DNA from: Eubacteriales bacterium
GTDB lineage: Bacteria > Bacillota > Clostridia > Oscillospirales > UMGS1783
Length of the DNA: 33,638 nt
Assembly: GCA_045599805.1 (NCBI GenBank)
Contig: JAZRWQ010000107.1
Location: 1-33,638, forward strand
Direction of reading: 5' to 3'
In this document: in pieces, positions 8,419 through 17,715 of the stretch
Position numbering within the stretch: position 1 is the first letter of the stretch
How the letters are laid out: every line of letters starts with the position of its first letter
Notes under the pieces: generated by a model
The model's database searches: none
Seen by the model: the letters and a program-made list of their open reading frames with translations, nothing else
What the model was told of the DNA's origin: nothing
Made by a program: the position numbers and the translations under genes

Positions 8419-9777
8419 ATGGAATATGACATTCTTGAATGCCTTAAAAAATCGAAAACGGTACACTTTATAGGTATCGGCGGCATAAGCATGAGCGCGC
8501 TTGCGCTTATACTTAAGCACCGCGGATATAATATAAAGGGTTCGGATAATAATATTGCCGGCTGCAAAAACCTTATAAATGCCGGAATAAAAGTATATGA
8601 AGGACAAAGCGCAGATAATATCGAAGATGCCCAGCTTGTAGTATATACAGCCGCAATAAAGGCTGAAAATCCCGAGCTTAAAAGGGCACGTGATATGGGT
8701 ATTCCCTGCTTTGAAAGAGCATATCTTTTAGGTGCAATAATGAAAGGCTATAAATGCCCCATCGGCATTTCCGGCACTCACGGCAAATCCACAACCACAT
8801 CTATGATTTCCTGCATATTACTCAAAGCACAGACCGATCCCACCATTTCGGTAGGCGCCGTATTGCCTGAGATAGACAGCAACTATCACATCGGCTCGGA
8901 CAATTATTTTGTTTTCGAGTCATGCGAATATGCCGCATCATTTTTGCACTTCTTCCCGAAGATATCCCTGATACTCAACATTGATGAGGATCACCTTGAT
9001 TTTTACCGTAATATTGACCATATCGTTGACACATTCAAAGCGTACACAAAGAATACGCTTGATGACGGCATCATAATAACCAACGCAGAGGACGAAAATT
9101 GCCTTAAGGCGACAAATGACTATGCCGGCAAGGTAATTTCATTCGGGATAAACAACGGCGATTATACAGCCGAAAATATAAGGTTTACGTCCGGGCTTCC
9201 TTCTTTCGATATTATGGAAAGCGAAAACAAGATAATAAATGTTAAGCTTAACATACCCGGCAAGCATAACATACTTAACGCTTTGGCGGCTGCCGCCTGC
9301 TGCAGATATCTCGGCATACCCGATGAATATATTAAAGCAGGACTTGAAAGCTTCCACGGCGCAAAACGCAGATTTGAAACCAAGGGCAGCACAGACAAGT
9401 ATACCGTAATAGACGATTATGCACATCATCCGTCGGAAATCGAAGCAACGCTCAATGCGGCAAAAAACATGGATTTTGATAAAATAGTTCTTGTCTTCCA
9501 GCCGCACACCTATTCGCGCACAAAGGCGCTTCTTCCGAAATTCATAAAGGCGCTCGGCATTGCCGACAAGGTAATACTCTGCGATATATACGCCGCACGT
9601 GAAAAGGATAACCTCGGCGTATCGTCCGAAAAGCTTGCGAAAGAAATTCCCGGCGCAATTTATGCCGAAAGCTTTGAAAAAGCCGCCGCTATCGCAAAAG
9701 ACGCTGCAGACAAAAACACATTGATACTCACGATGGGCGCCGGAGACGTATACAAAACGGCAGATTATTTAGTTTAA
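8419..9777 (+). CDS. murC: UDP-N-acetylmuramate--L-alanine ligase
   Basis: HFIGIGGISMSALA, GTHGKSTTT, DHLD, RRFE, DDYAHHPSE, FQPHTYSRT, MGAGD. Confidence 0.97.
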   Translation: MEYDILECLKKSKTVHFIGIGGISMSALALILKHRGYNIKGSDNNIAGCKNLINAGIKVYEGQSADNIEDAQLVVYTAAIKAENPELKRARDMGIPCFERAYLLGAIMKGYKCPIGISGTHGKSTTTSMISCILLKAQTDPTISVGAVLPEIDSNYHIGSDNYFVFESCEYAASFLHFFPKISLILNIDEDHLDFYRNIDHIVDTFKAYTKNTLDDGIIITNAEDENCLKATNDYAGKVISFGINNGDYTAENIRFTSGLPSFDIMESENKIINVKLNIPGKHNILNALAAAACCRYLGIPDEYIKAGLESFHGAKRRFETKGSTDKYTVIDDYAHHPSEIEATLNAAKNMDFDKIVLVFQPHTYSRTKALLPKFIKALGIADKVILCDIYAAREKDNLGVSSEKLAKEIPGAIYAESFEKAAAIAKDAADKNTLILTMGAGDVYKTADYLV

Positions 9778-9821
9778 AAAAAATGAGGCATTGATTAGTG
9801 ATAATCAATGCCTTATTTTTA
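9776..9821. terminator. Bidirectional terminator between murC and the convergent small ORF
   Basis: A-run, TGAGGCATTGATTA-GTGA-TAATCAATGCCTTA, T-run. Confidence 0.88.
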
Positions 9822-10058
9822 TTCTTCGATTTGGATTACGCACTCGTTAGGCGCTTCAATTTCTTCTTCGGGTTCACATTCTTCAGATTTGCATTTGTGT
9901 ATATCAATGGATTTTATTTTATCGCTGAGCTTTTTAAAGAAATCACTGATAACATAAAGCTTACCGAGGATAGCCATGATGCCGACAATAGCACCGCAAA
10001 TTACAACAACTGCGCCAACAACAGAGAGAAATACTTTCCAAAATTTACTCATTTTCAT
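9819..10058 (-). CDS. Small hypothetical membrane protein (one N-terminal TM, acidic Cys-containing tail)
   Basis: AAGGAG SD, 7 nt after the nrdR stop, hydrophobic VFLSVVGAVVVICGAIVGIMAIL segment, ends at a terminator. Confidence 0.75.
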   Translation of the reverse strand: MKMSKFWKVFLSVVGAVVVICGAIVGIMAILGKLYVISDFFKKLSDKIKSIDIHKCKSEECEPEEEIEAPNECVIQIEE

Positions 10059-10065
10059 CGCTCCT

Positions 10066-10521
10066 TTATGTTTCTTTTTCTATTTTATTAAGAACCTCCA
10101 TGAATGAGCTTATATCGCTGAACTCATGATAGACGGAAGCAAATCTTACATACGCCACCTGATCAATCTTTTTGAGTTTTTCCAGCACGATATCGCCCAG
10201 CTCAACAGAGGATATCTCTTTCTTGAAAGAGCTCGAAAGTCCGTATTCCACCTCATCTATCATGGTTTCCAGTACGGAGCTTTCGATAGGTCTTTTTTCG
10301 CAGGCGCGAAGCAAACCTCTTAAAAGTTTTTCCCTATCGAAATTCTGACGCGAGCCGTCTTTTTTTACAACAACAATAGGGATCGTTTCCACCATTTCGT
10401 TTGTTGTGAATTTGCCTTTGCATTTTTCACAAACACGTCTTCTTTTGATTCTGGTGCAATCTTCGGATTGACGCGTAGTAAGAACACTGCTTTCCGTATG
10501 ACCGCAGTAAGGACATCTCAT
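10066..10521 (-). CDS. nrdR: Transcriptional repressor NrdR (divergent Zn-ribbon)
   Basis: MRCPYC, RRRxC, ATP-cone VVKKDG...ACEKRP, VAYVRFASVY. Confidence 0.95.
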   Translation of the reverse strand: MRCPYCGHTESSVLTTRQSEDCTRIKRRRVCEKCKGKFTTNEMVETIPIVVVKKDGSRQNFDREKLLRGLLRACEKRPIESSVLETMIDEVEYGLSSSFKKEISSVELGDIVLEKLKKIDQVAYVRFASVYHEFSDISSFMEVLNKIEKET

Positions 10522-10592
10522 CAGAATCCCCCCTCTTATTGTTATTGTAACACACTATACGTCTAAAATAAAGAGAAATTTATTAATAATTA

Positions 10593-10841
10593 TCAAAAGC
10601 TGTCTTTCATAATATATTTGAGATGCATAGGCGTTACTCTGCAGGCAAAAAGCATATCTATCATCCTTTTAGCTTCTTCCTCGGCATCAAAAGGCAGCGT
10701 GTCCGCCCTGCCCTCCTCTACGCCGTCAACGTATTTTATGATTTCGCCTTTATAAATGTTGTTTTCCGAAACCATACGGTATTCAACGACAAATCCTCCG
10801 TCTTCTTTAAAATCATAGCTGTGTATCAGTTTACTGTTCAT
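10593..10841 (-). CDS. DUF6514-like small protein
   Basis: AAAGGAGG SD; C-terminal EEAKRMIDML...VTPMHLKYIMKD pattern recalled for this clostridial family. Confidence 0.7.
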   Translation of the reverse strand: MNSKLIHSYDFKEDGGFVVEYRMVSENNIYKGEIIKYVDGVEEGRADTLPFDAEEEAKRMIDMLFACRVTPMHLKYIMKDSF

Positions 10842-10950
10842 TTTATAATCCTCCTTTACAGGAAAATTATATATCCTGACCGGAGAATTATAAAGGAAAA
10901 GGCATCGACATAAAACAGAGGTTTTTATGCTGATTTTACCTGATTTACCG

Positions 10951-10979
10951 TAATATTCCCATATATACGATATTTATAC
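10951..10979 (-). promoter_or_regulatory. Putative sigma-F/G-type forespore promoter
   Basis: GTATA (10975-10979), 14 nt, GGGAATATTA (10951-10960); matches GYATA-N14/15-GGnnAnAnTR. TGTCGAA (0A-box) at 10989-10995. Confidence 0.55.
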
Positions 10980-11002
10980 ATAAATATTTGTCGAAAAATG
11001 CA

Positions 11003-11040
11003 TAAAAACGGTGTAGAGTATTGCTCTGCACCGCTTTTAT
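11003..11040. terminator. Terminator hairpin at the end of the aminotransferase gene
   Basis: CGGTGTAGAGT-ATT-GCTCTGCACCG flanked by A and T runs. Confidence 0.7.
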
Positions 11041-11041
11041 A

Positions 11042-12319
11042 TTAACCTATAAGTTTTTCTACTGCAGCAAGTTTTACGCAAACGCAGAATACGTCGATTG
11101 CCGCCTGCAGCTCTTCCTTGGTCGGGCAGGACGGAGCGATACGTATATTCTTGTCATTTGGATCATTTTTGTACGGATAGGTTGAACCTGCGCCGGTAAG
11201 CTTAACACCTGCTTCTTTTGCAAGTTCAACGGTACGCTTTGCGCATCCGTCGGGAGTATTGAAGGAAATAAAGTAGCCGCCCTTAGGCTCGGTCCAGTCT
11301 GCAATGCCGAGTCCGGAGAGTTCTTTTTTAAGGGTTTTTATAACGATATCAAATTTAGGACCGAGAACGGCGGCATGCTTTTTCATGTGCGCCTTGATGC
11401 CGTTTAGGTCCTTGAAATATTTGATATGGCGAAGCTGATTCATTTTATCCGATCCGATGGTCTGGAAGAAAAGCTGCTTGCGGATAAAATCGATATTTGC
11501 TTTGCTTGCGGCGATACAGGAAACGCCTGCTCCGGGGAAGCAATACTTTGAAGTGGATGCGAATTCGTAAATCATATCCTCGTTGCCGTATTCCTTTGCA
11601 AGCTCAAAGATATTTGCTATTTCTATTTCTTCATCGGTGAAATGATGAACGACATAAGCATTATCATAGAAGATTCTGAAATCCTTTGCCTTTGGCTTTA
11701 AAGCGGCAAGACGCCTTATTGTCTCATCGGAATATACTATACCGTCAGGATTGGAATACTTGGGCACGCACCACATACCCTTTATCTTTTCGTCGTTTTC
11801 AACGAGCTTCTCTACCATATCCATATCGGGGCCGTCGCTGAGCATCGGCACGCTAATAAGCTCAAAGCCAAAAAACTCGGTGATTGCAAAGTGTCTGTCA
11901 TATCCGGGCACAACGCAGATAAATTTAAGGCCGGTTTCCTGTGACCATGGTTTTTCGCTTCCGAGCACGCCATGAGTAAATGCACGGGCAATGCTGTCAT
12001 ACATAAGAGTAAGCGAGGAGTTGCCGCCGACAATAATATTTTCCGGCTGCAAATCAAGTATATCGGCAAAAATCTTCTTCATTGCGGGCAGTCCGTCAAT
12101 AACGCCGTAATTGCGGCAGTCGGTTCCCTCGTAAACACATTCCTCGCCGGTTTTTATGCAGGTAAGCATATCGTTGCACATATCTATCTGCTCTTTGGCC
12201 GGTTTGCCTCTTGACATATCAAGAGAGAGATTTTTGCCCTGAAGGGCTTTATATTCTTTTTCAAGCTCGGCTTTTAATTCGCTGAGCTCAATTTTGTTAA
12301 GTTCGTAATAGGGTTTCAT
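11042..12319 (-). CDS. PLP-dependent aminotransferase, aspartate aminotransferase type Ic (Rv3722c-like)
   Basis: LDMSRGKP, RNYG, GGNSSLTLM, VPGYDRHF, VPKYSNPDG, DNAY, STSK (PLP Lys), NIRIAPS. Start set at ATG 12319 after GAGGAGG SD. Confidence 0.88.
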   Translation of the reverse strand: MKPYYELNKIELSELKAELEKEYKALQGKNLSLDMSRGKPAKEQIDMCNDMLTCIKTGEECVYEGTDCRNYGVIDGLPAMKKIFADILDLQPENIIVGGNSSLTLMYDSIARAFTHGVLGSEKPWSQETGLKFICVVPGYDRHFAITEFFGFELISVPMLSDGPDMDMVEKLVENDEKIKGMWCVPKYSNPDGIVYSDETIRRLAALKPKAKDFRIFYDNAYVVHHFTDEEIEIANIFELAKEYGNEDMIYEFASTSKYCFPGAGVSCIAASKANIDFIRKQLFFQTIGSDKMNQLRHIKYFKDLNGIKAHMKKHAAVLGPKFDIVIKTLKKELSGLGIADWTEPKGGYFISFNTPDGCAKRTVELAKEAGVKLTGAGSTYPYKNDPNDKNIRIAPSCPTKEELQAAIDVFCVCVKLAAVEKLIG

Positions 12320-12333
12320 CTGGTTCCTCCTCA

Positions 12334-13068
12334 TTATATATTGCAAATATCTTTTAAGTATTTTATTTCGCTATCTTCAAGAAATCTTATACCGCCGGGT
12401 TTGAGATTGCCCAACCTGAGATTTCCTATTTTTTCCCGTTTCAATAATTTAACTTCAAGCCCGAACTCTTCGCACATACGGCGTATCTGTCGGTTTTTGC
12501 CTTCATATATTGTAACGGAAATCACGGTTCTCGAATCCTCTTCGGACTTTATAGAAACTTCCGCCGGCAAAAGCTTTACACCGTCGGATAAGGTCATGCC
12601 ACTTTTCATTATTTCTATTTTGTTTTTATCTACTTTACCGTTTACTGTAACTCGGTAAACCTTCGGGATATGGCGTTTGGAGTCGGTAAGCATGTTGGAC
12701 AACTCACCGTCATCGGTAAAAAGAAGCATTCCTTCGGAATCCTTATCAAGCCTGCCTATCGGGAATACGCGGTGATTTATGCCGGAAAGAAGATCCTTTA
12801 CGCATTTTCTGTCAAGCTCGTCATCCATCGTAGTTATGTAACCGCGCGGCTTATACATCATTATATATGTATGCTTTTTGTATTGATAACGGACGGTTTT
12901 TTTATCAAAGGTTATCTTATCTTTCAAAGGATTTACGGTATCTCCTATTACGGCGACTTTTCCGTTTACGGTTACCCTGCCGTTACTTATATATTCCTCA
13001 CCCTGCCTGCGCGAGCACACGCCGGCATCGGCAAGATATTTCTGCAATCTTATTCTGTCTTTTTCCAC
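12334..13068 (-). CDS. rluB: RsuA/RluB-family pseudouridine synthase
   Basis: S4 domain RLQKYLADAGVCSRR, YKPRG, GRLD catalytic motif, EGKNRQIRRM; GTG start. Confidence 0.88.
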   Translation of the reverse strand: MEKDRIRLQKYLADAGVCSRRQGEEYISNGRVTVNGKVAVIGDTVNPLKDKITFDKKTVRYQYKKHTYIMMYKPRGYITTMDDELDRKCVKDLLSGINHRVFPIGRLDKDSEGMLLFTDDGELSNMLTDSKRHIPKVYRVTVNGKVDKNKIEIMKSGMTLSDGVKLLPAEVSIKSEEDSRTVISVTIYEGKNRQIRRMCEEFGLEVKLLKREKIGNLRLGNLKPGGIRFLEDSEIKYLKDICNI

Positions 13069-13096
13069 ATACTCACCTTATGAACATAATGAATAT

Positions 13097-13125
13097 ATTT
13101 TACTACAAAAATTCATTTTAAGCAA
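13097..13125 (-). promoter_or_regulatory. Putative sigma-A promoter of the pseudouridine synthase/aminotransferase pair
   Basis: TTGCTT (13120-13125), 17 nt, TAAAAT (13097-13102). Confidence 0.6.
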
Positions 13126-13156
13126 TGTTTTTTTGCAAAATAATGCTTAAACGAAC

Positions 13157-13194
13157 AAAAAAATCCCACCAAATGAAATTTGGTGGGATAAAAA
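13157..13194 (-). terminator. Rho-independent terminator after rpsU
   Basis: ATCCCACCAAAT-TTC-ATTTGGTGGGAT then T run on the minus strand. Confidence 0.92.
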
Positions 13195-13201
13195 GATTCA
13201 A

Positions 13202-13378
13202 TTACTTGAACTTGCGCTTACGAGCGGCTTCAGACTTTTTCTTACGCTTTACGCTTGGTTTCTCATAATGTTCTCTTATACGGAGTTCGGATAATGTACC
13301 GTCCTTTGAGCAAGATCTCTTAAATCTTCTCAGAGCGCTGTCAAGAGATTCATTATCCTTAACTTTTACAACTGCCAT
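13202..13378 (-). CDS. rpsU: 30S ribosomal protein S21 (58 aa; below the ORF track cutoff)
   Basis: Hand translation [58 protein letters not shown]; GGAGGGAGGG SD. Confidence 0.98.
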   Translation of the reverse strand: MAVVKVKDNESLDSALRRFKRSCSKDGTLSELRIREHYEKPSVKRKKKSEAARKRKFK

Positions 13379-13423
13379 TTTTTTCTACCCTCCCTCCGAA
13401 TTTACAGAAAAAATTACTTTATT

Positions 13424-13452
13424 ATTATAAACAACTTAACTTATATTGTCAA
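13424..13452 (-). promoter_or_regulatory. Sigma-A promoter of rpsU
   Basis: Perfect TTGACA (13447-13452), 17 nt, TATAAT (13424-13429). Confidence 0.9.
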
Positions 13453-13457
13453 GTATT

Positions 13458-15863
13458 TTATTTTACAACAAAATTCAACATCTTATTTTTTACATAAATA
13501 ACCTTGAAGATGTTCTTATCGGCCAAAGATGCGCTGATCTTCTCGTCTGCCTTGGCGGCGGCAACAACATCGTCCTGCTGAGCATCCATGGGAATTACAA
13601 GTCTGCCCTTGAGCTTGCCATTGACCTGTACGGGAATTTCTATCTCGTTATCAACCGTCTTTGCAAGATCAAACTTGGGCCAGGATGCAGACGCAGTTAT
13701 ATCAACGGCATTGCCGTTCATCTGCCACATTTCCTCCGCAAGATGCGGTGCAAACGGGCTGAGCAGCAGGATGAAATCATTAAGCGCCTTGCGAGTGATG
13801 CTTCCCTGTTCATAAATTTCATTGACAAGGGACATCAAAGCAGCGATTGCGGTATTGAATTTCATCTCTTCAATATCTTCGGTAACCTTCTTTATGGTCT
13901 TATGCATGCTCTTTTCAAGCCTGCCGTAGCTGTCGCCGTCGGTAACGATATCCATAAGAGACATTGCTCTTTCGAGGAATCTCTTACAGCCTTTGATAGA
14001 TGCGCTTGACCAGGGAGCAGCCTTCTCAAAGTCACCGATAAACATTATATACAAACGCAGAGTATCTGCACCGTATTCGCTTACAACGTCATCCGGGTTT
14101 ACCACGTTGCCTCTTGATTTAGACATCTTTTCGCCGTTTTCACCAAGAATCATACCATGGGATGTTCTCTTCTGATACGGTTCACAGCAAGGAACAGCGC
14201 CGATATCATAGAGGAATTTATGCCAGAATCTTGAATATAACAGATGCAGCGTGGTATGCTCCATACCTCCGTTATACCAGTCAACGGGCATCCAGTATTC
14301 AAGGGCTTCCTTGGAAGCAAGAGCTTTGTCGTTGTGAGGATCGGTATATCTTAAGAAGTACCAGGATGAACCTGCCCACTGAGGCATGGTATCGGTTTCT
14401 CTCTTGGCGGGGCCGCCGCAGCAGGGACAGGTGGTGTTGATCCACTCGGTCATATTTGCAAGCGGAGATTCGCCGTTATCGGTGGTTTCATAGCTTTCAA
14501 CTTCAGGCAAAAGCAAGGGAAGCTGATCTTCGGGCAGAGGCACCCAACCGCACTTATCGCAGTTTACCATGGGAATCGGCTCGCCCCAATATCTCTGTCT
14601 GGAGAATACCCAGTCACGGAGCTTGTAGTTTACCTTTCTATGGCCTATACCCTGCTCTTCGATATAGTTCATTATCTTTTCTTTTGCTTCGGAAACGCTG
14701 AGGCCGTTAAGCATGGGAGAATTTATCATGGTGCCGGTTGCAATATCGGTAAATGCTTCGTTGGTGATATCGCCGCCTGCAACAACTTCGATCATGGGCA
14801 GATCGAATTTCTTTGCAAACTCATAGTCACGGGTATCATGCGCAGGAACTGCCATGATAGCGCCGGTACCGTAAGACATAAGTACGTAGTCGGAAACGAA
14901 GATGGGGATTTCCGTGCCGGTAAGAGGATTTATTGCCATAACGCCTTCGAGCTTTACGCCGGTTTTATCCTTATTGAGCTCACTTCTTTCGAAATCGCTC
15001 TTCTTGGCGGCCTGTGCGCCGTATTCCTTAACGGCATAGTAATTGGAAAGGATATCCTTCCACTCATCAATATACGGATGCTCGGGCGACATTACCATAT
15101 AGGTTGCGCCGTAAAGGGTATCGGGACGGGTGGTGTATACTACAAAGTCCTTGCCGGATGTGGTTTTAAAGGTTACTTCCGCACCGTAGCTCTTGCCTAT
15201 CCAGTTTTTCTGCTGGATAACTACACGGTCGATATAATCTACAAGGTCAAGATCCTTTATGAGTCTGTCGGCATACTCGGTGATTTTGAGCATCCACTGG
15301 CTCTTGACACGATGTTCTACGGGAGCGCCGCAGCGTTCGCAGACACCGTTTACAACCTCTTCATTTGCCACAACGCATTTGCAGGAGGTGCACCAGTTAA
15401 CCGACATTTCCTTTTTGTACGCAAGGCTTTTTTTATAAAGCTGAATGAATATCCACTGAGTCCATTTATAATAGGCAGGATCGGTAGTATTTACTTCTCT
15501 TGACCAGTCAAAAGACATACCGAGAGACTTTATCTGGGCTTTGAAACGCTTTACATTCTGCTCGGTAACAGTCTTTGGATGAATCTTATTCTTGATGGCA
15601 TAGTTTTCGGTGGGCAGACCGAAAGCGTCCCAACCGATAGGATAAAGTACATTATATCCATCAAGACGGCGCTTACGAGCAACAACGTCAAGCGCGGTAT
15701 AAGGGCGCGGATGACCTACGTGAAGTCCCTGACCGGAGGGATAAGGGAATTCTATAAGAGCAAAAAACTTAGGCTTATCGGAATCGTTATATGCCTTGAA
15801 CGATTCATGCTCGTCCCAGTAATTCTGCCATTTCTTTTCGATTGATTTAAAATCATACTTCAT
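13458..15863 (-). CDS. leuS: Leucine--tRNA ligase
   Basis: [43 protein letters not shown]. Confidence 0.98.
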   Translation of the reverse strand: MKYDFKSIEKKWQNYWDEHESFKAYNDSDKPKFFALIEFPYPSGQGLHVGHPRPYTALDVVARKRRLDGYNVLYPIGWDAFGLPTENYAIKNKIHPKTVTEQNVKRFKAQIKSLGMSFDWSREVNTTDPAYYKWTQWIFIQLYKKSLAYKKEMSVNWCTSCKCVVANEEVVNGVCERCGAPVEHRVKSQWMLKITEYADRLIKDLDLVDYIDRVVIQQKNWIGKSYGAEVTFKTTSGKDFVVYTTRPDTLYGATYMVMSPEHPYIDEWKDILSNYYAVKEYGAQAAKKSDFERSELNKDKTGVKLEGVMAINPLTGTEIPIFVSDYVLMSYGTGAIMAVPAHDTRDYEFAKKFDLPMIEVVAGGDITNEAFTDIATGTMINSPMLNGLSVSEAKEKIMNYIEEQGIGHRKVNYKLRDWVFSRQRYWGEPIPMVNCDKCGWVPLPEDQLPLLLPEVESYETTDNGESPLANMTEWINTTCPCCGGPAKRETDTMPQWAGSSWYFLRYTDPHNDKALASKEALEYWMPVDWYNGGMEHTTLHLLYSRFWHKFLYDIGAVPCCEPYQKRTSHGMILGENGEKMSKSRGNVVNPDDVVSEYGADTLRLYIMFIGDFEKAAPWSSASIKGCKRFLERAMSLMDIVTDGDSYGRLEKSMHKTIKKVTEDIEEMKFNTAIAALMSLVNEIYEQGSITRKALNDFILLLSPFAPHLAEEMWQMNGNAVDITASASWPKFDLAKTVDNEIEIPVQVNGKLKGRLVIPMDAQQDDVVAAAKADEKISASLADKNIFKVIYVKNKMLNFVVK

Positions 15864-15891
15864 AGCAATATATCCTGTCTTTCATTATTAT

Positions 15892-16245
15892 TCAATCTTT
15901 AAGATATTGTTCGATGTCCTGTTCGGAAGCGTCCGCCCATAGCTTTTCGAGATTATAAAACTCTCTTGCTTCGGGATGGAATATGTGAATTATTACATCA
16001 CCGTAATCAAGCAGTATCCATTTACCGCCGGAATAACCCTCGCGGTGGTCTACCCTGATGCCTTCCTGCTCAAGCTTAAATTCAATCTCATCGGCAATAG
16101 CCTTTATCTGCGTGGTCGATGTGCCGTTTGAAATTACAAAATAGTCGGCAATAGAGGTGAGCTTTTCTATTTTAAGGACCTTGATATTCCTTGCTTTTTT
16201 GGAATCCATGGCCTTTACGGCAATTTTAACTATCTTTTCTTCCAT
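15892..16245 (-). CDS. rsfS: Ribosome silencing factor
   Basis: DSKKA, DYFVI, WILLDYGDVIIHIF, REFYNLEKLW. Confidence 0.96.
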   Translation of the reverse strand: MEEKIVKIAVKAMDSKKARNIKVLKIEKLTSIADYFVISNGTSTTQIKAIADEIEFKLEQEGIRVDHREGYSGGKWILLDYGDVIIHIFHPEAREFYNLEKLWADASEQDIEQYLKD

Positions 16246-16248
16246 TGT

Positions 16249-16821
16249 TTAGCCCCTTTTATTCTTTATCAGCTGATTATAACAGCCGATGGTATCAATA
16301 TGTATTTCCGAACCCTTGCCAATTACCTCGACGATTCCCTGACCGAGAGCCGCTATCATTGCTTCATCAATACCGTCATAGGCAATTTTTCTGACGTTTT
16401 CCACGCCGTCAAAATCACGGTTTACCTCAATATAATCCGCAAGATATACCACCTTTTCCAGAAGTGACATATCCCTACAGGCAGTAGTATGATAATAAAT
16501 CGCGCCGAGGATCTCTTCATCGTCTATACCGAGGACATTCTTTGCGTAGTACGCGCCGGTATAAGCGTGAAGCAGCGGCGGTATTTCCCTTTCGTTGTTC
16601 GGAAGTATTATACCAAACTCATCGCAGTATTTCAACTGCTGTTTGTAATCATCTTCCTTGGTTATGTCGTGCAGTATTGCGGCGATTTCCGCCTTATATT
16701 CATCTGCACCGTAAAACTTCGCAAGACTTTTTGCCGCTTCAACTACGCCCATTGTATGTCTGAATCGCCGTTCGGACAGACGCGATGCGACTATTTCCAT
16801 TAACTGTTCACTTGATTTCAT
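16249..16821 (-). CDS. yqeK: HD-domain Ap4A hydrolase YqeK
   Basis: RFRHTMGV, ILHDITK, LHAYTGA, YHTT, YLADYIE; lies between nadD and rsfS. Confidence 0.93.
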   Translation of the reverse strand: MKSSEQLMEIVASRLSERRFRHTMGVVEAAKSLAKFYGADEYKAEIAAILHDITKEDDYKQQLKYCDEFGIILPNNEREIPPLLHAYTGAYYAKNVLGIDDEEILGAIYYHTTACRDMSLLEKVVYLADYIEVNRDFDGVENVRKIAYDGIDEAMIAALGQGIVEVIGKGSEIHIDTIGCYNQLIKNKRG

Positions 16822-17405
16822 TTATATAACCCGTTTTCTTCTATATATGCCGCGACGTTATCGGGAACAGCTCCGCTTAAATCATCGCCGTTTTTTGCCA
16901 TATCACGTATTTGAGTTGAGCTCATGACATAAGGCTTAAAATATATAATGCGCGTTTTTGCGCCGTATTTTTTCTTTAAAAAGAGTTTCTTTTTTATTAG
17001 CGACGGATATTCGTGATAGCAGCGTGCGGAGGTCACCACAATCGCAGCTTTGAAAATCCTTTCCGGGCATTTCCACTCATCAAACGTTAAGAACATATCG
17101 CTGCCGCATATGAAGTACATTTTATCCTGCGGATAAATTGATCTTAATTCTTCAAGCGTCTCATAAGTATAGCTCTTTCCGCCCCTTTTTATTTCGATAT
17201 CCGAAACACTGTATTCGGGGAAAGCAAGCTTTGTCATATTCATACGATGCTCGGGATTATTATCCGTCACGTCCTTATGCGGAGGCATATTTGACGGGAT
17301 AACTATCATCTTATCAAGGCGGAGTGCTTTCTGCATCCGTTTTAAAAGCAGTAAATGTCCGTTATGCGGAGGATTAAATGTTCCTCCGAAGATACCAATC
17401 TTCAT
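16818..17405 (-). CDS. nadD: Nicotinate-nucleotide adenylyltransferase
   Basis: IFGGTFNPPHNGH, PPHK, SYT, GSD, SSTQIR, YIEENGLY. Confidence 0.96.
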   Translation of the reverse strand: MKIGIFGGTFNPPHNGHLLLLKRMQKALRLDKMIVIPSNMPPHKDVTDNNPEHRMNMTKLAFPEYSVSDIEIKRGGKSYTYETLEELRSIYPQDKMYFICGSDMFLTFDEWKCPERIFKAAIVVTSARCYHEYPSLIKKKLFLKKKYGAKTRIIYFKPYVMSSTQIRDMAKNGDDLSGAVPDNVAAYIEENGLYK

Positions 17406-17415
17406 AAAAACCTCT

Positions 17416-17715
17416 TTATTTCGGAAGTTCTATCTTAACGTTTTCGTCCTTTGATGCAGGGCGGTATATCGTGATTTTAAAGCCTATAACGCCTACTATT
17501 TCAGCGCCGAGTCCTTCTGCGAGCTCTGCGGCACATTCTTTTGATGTCATCATAGCTGATTCGAGAAGGGTTATTTTTATCAGCTCGTGAGACTCTAAAG
17601 CTTCATTCAGTTCGGCAATAACGCTTTCGGTCACGCCGTTTTTGCCTATCTGATGCGTAGGCTTAAGCGTGTTTGCCATGCTTCTTAAATAGGCTCTCTG
17701 TTTACTTGTTATCAT
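17416..17715 (-). CDS. yhbY: CRM-domain RNA-binding protein YhbY
   Basis: TSKQRAYLRSMA, QIGKNG, HELIK. Confidence 0.94.
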   Translation of the reverse strand: MITSKQRAYLRSMANTLKPTHQIGKNGVTESVIAELNEALESHELIKITLLESAMMTSKECAAELAEGLGAEIVGVIGFKITIYRPASKDENVKIELPK

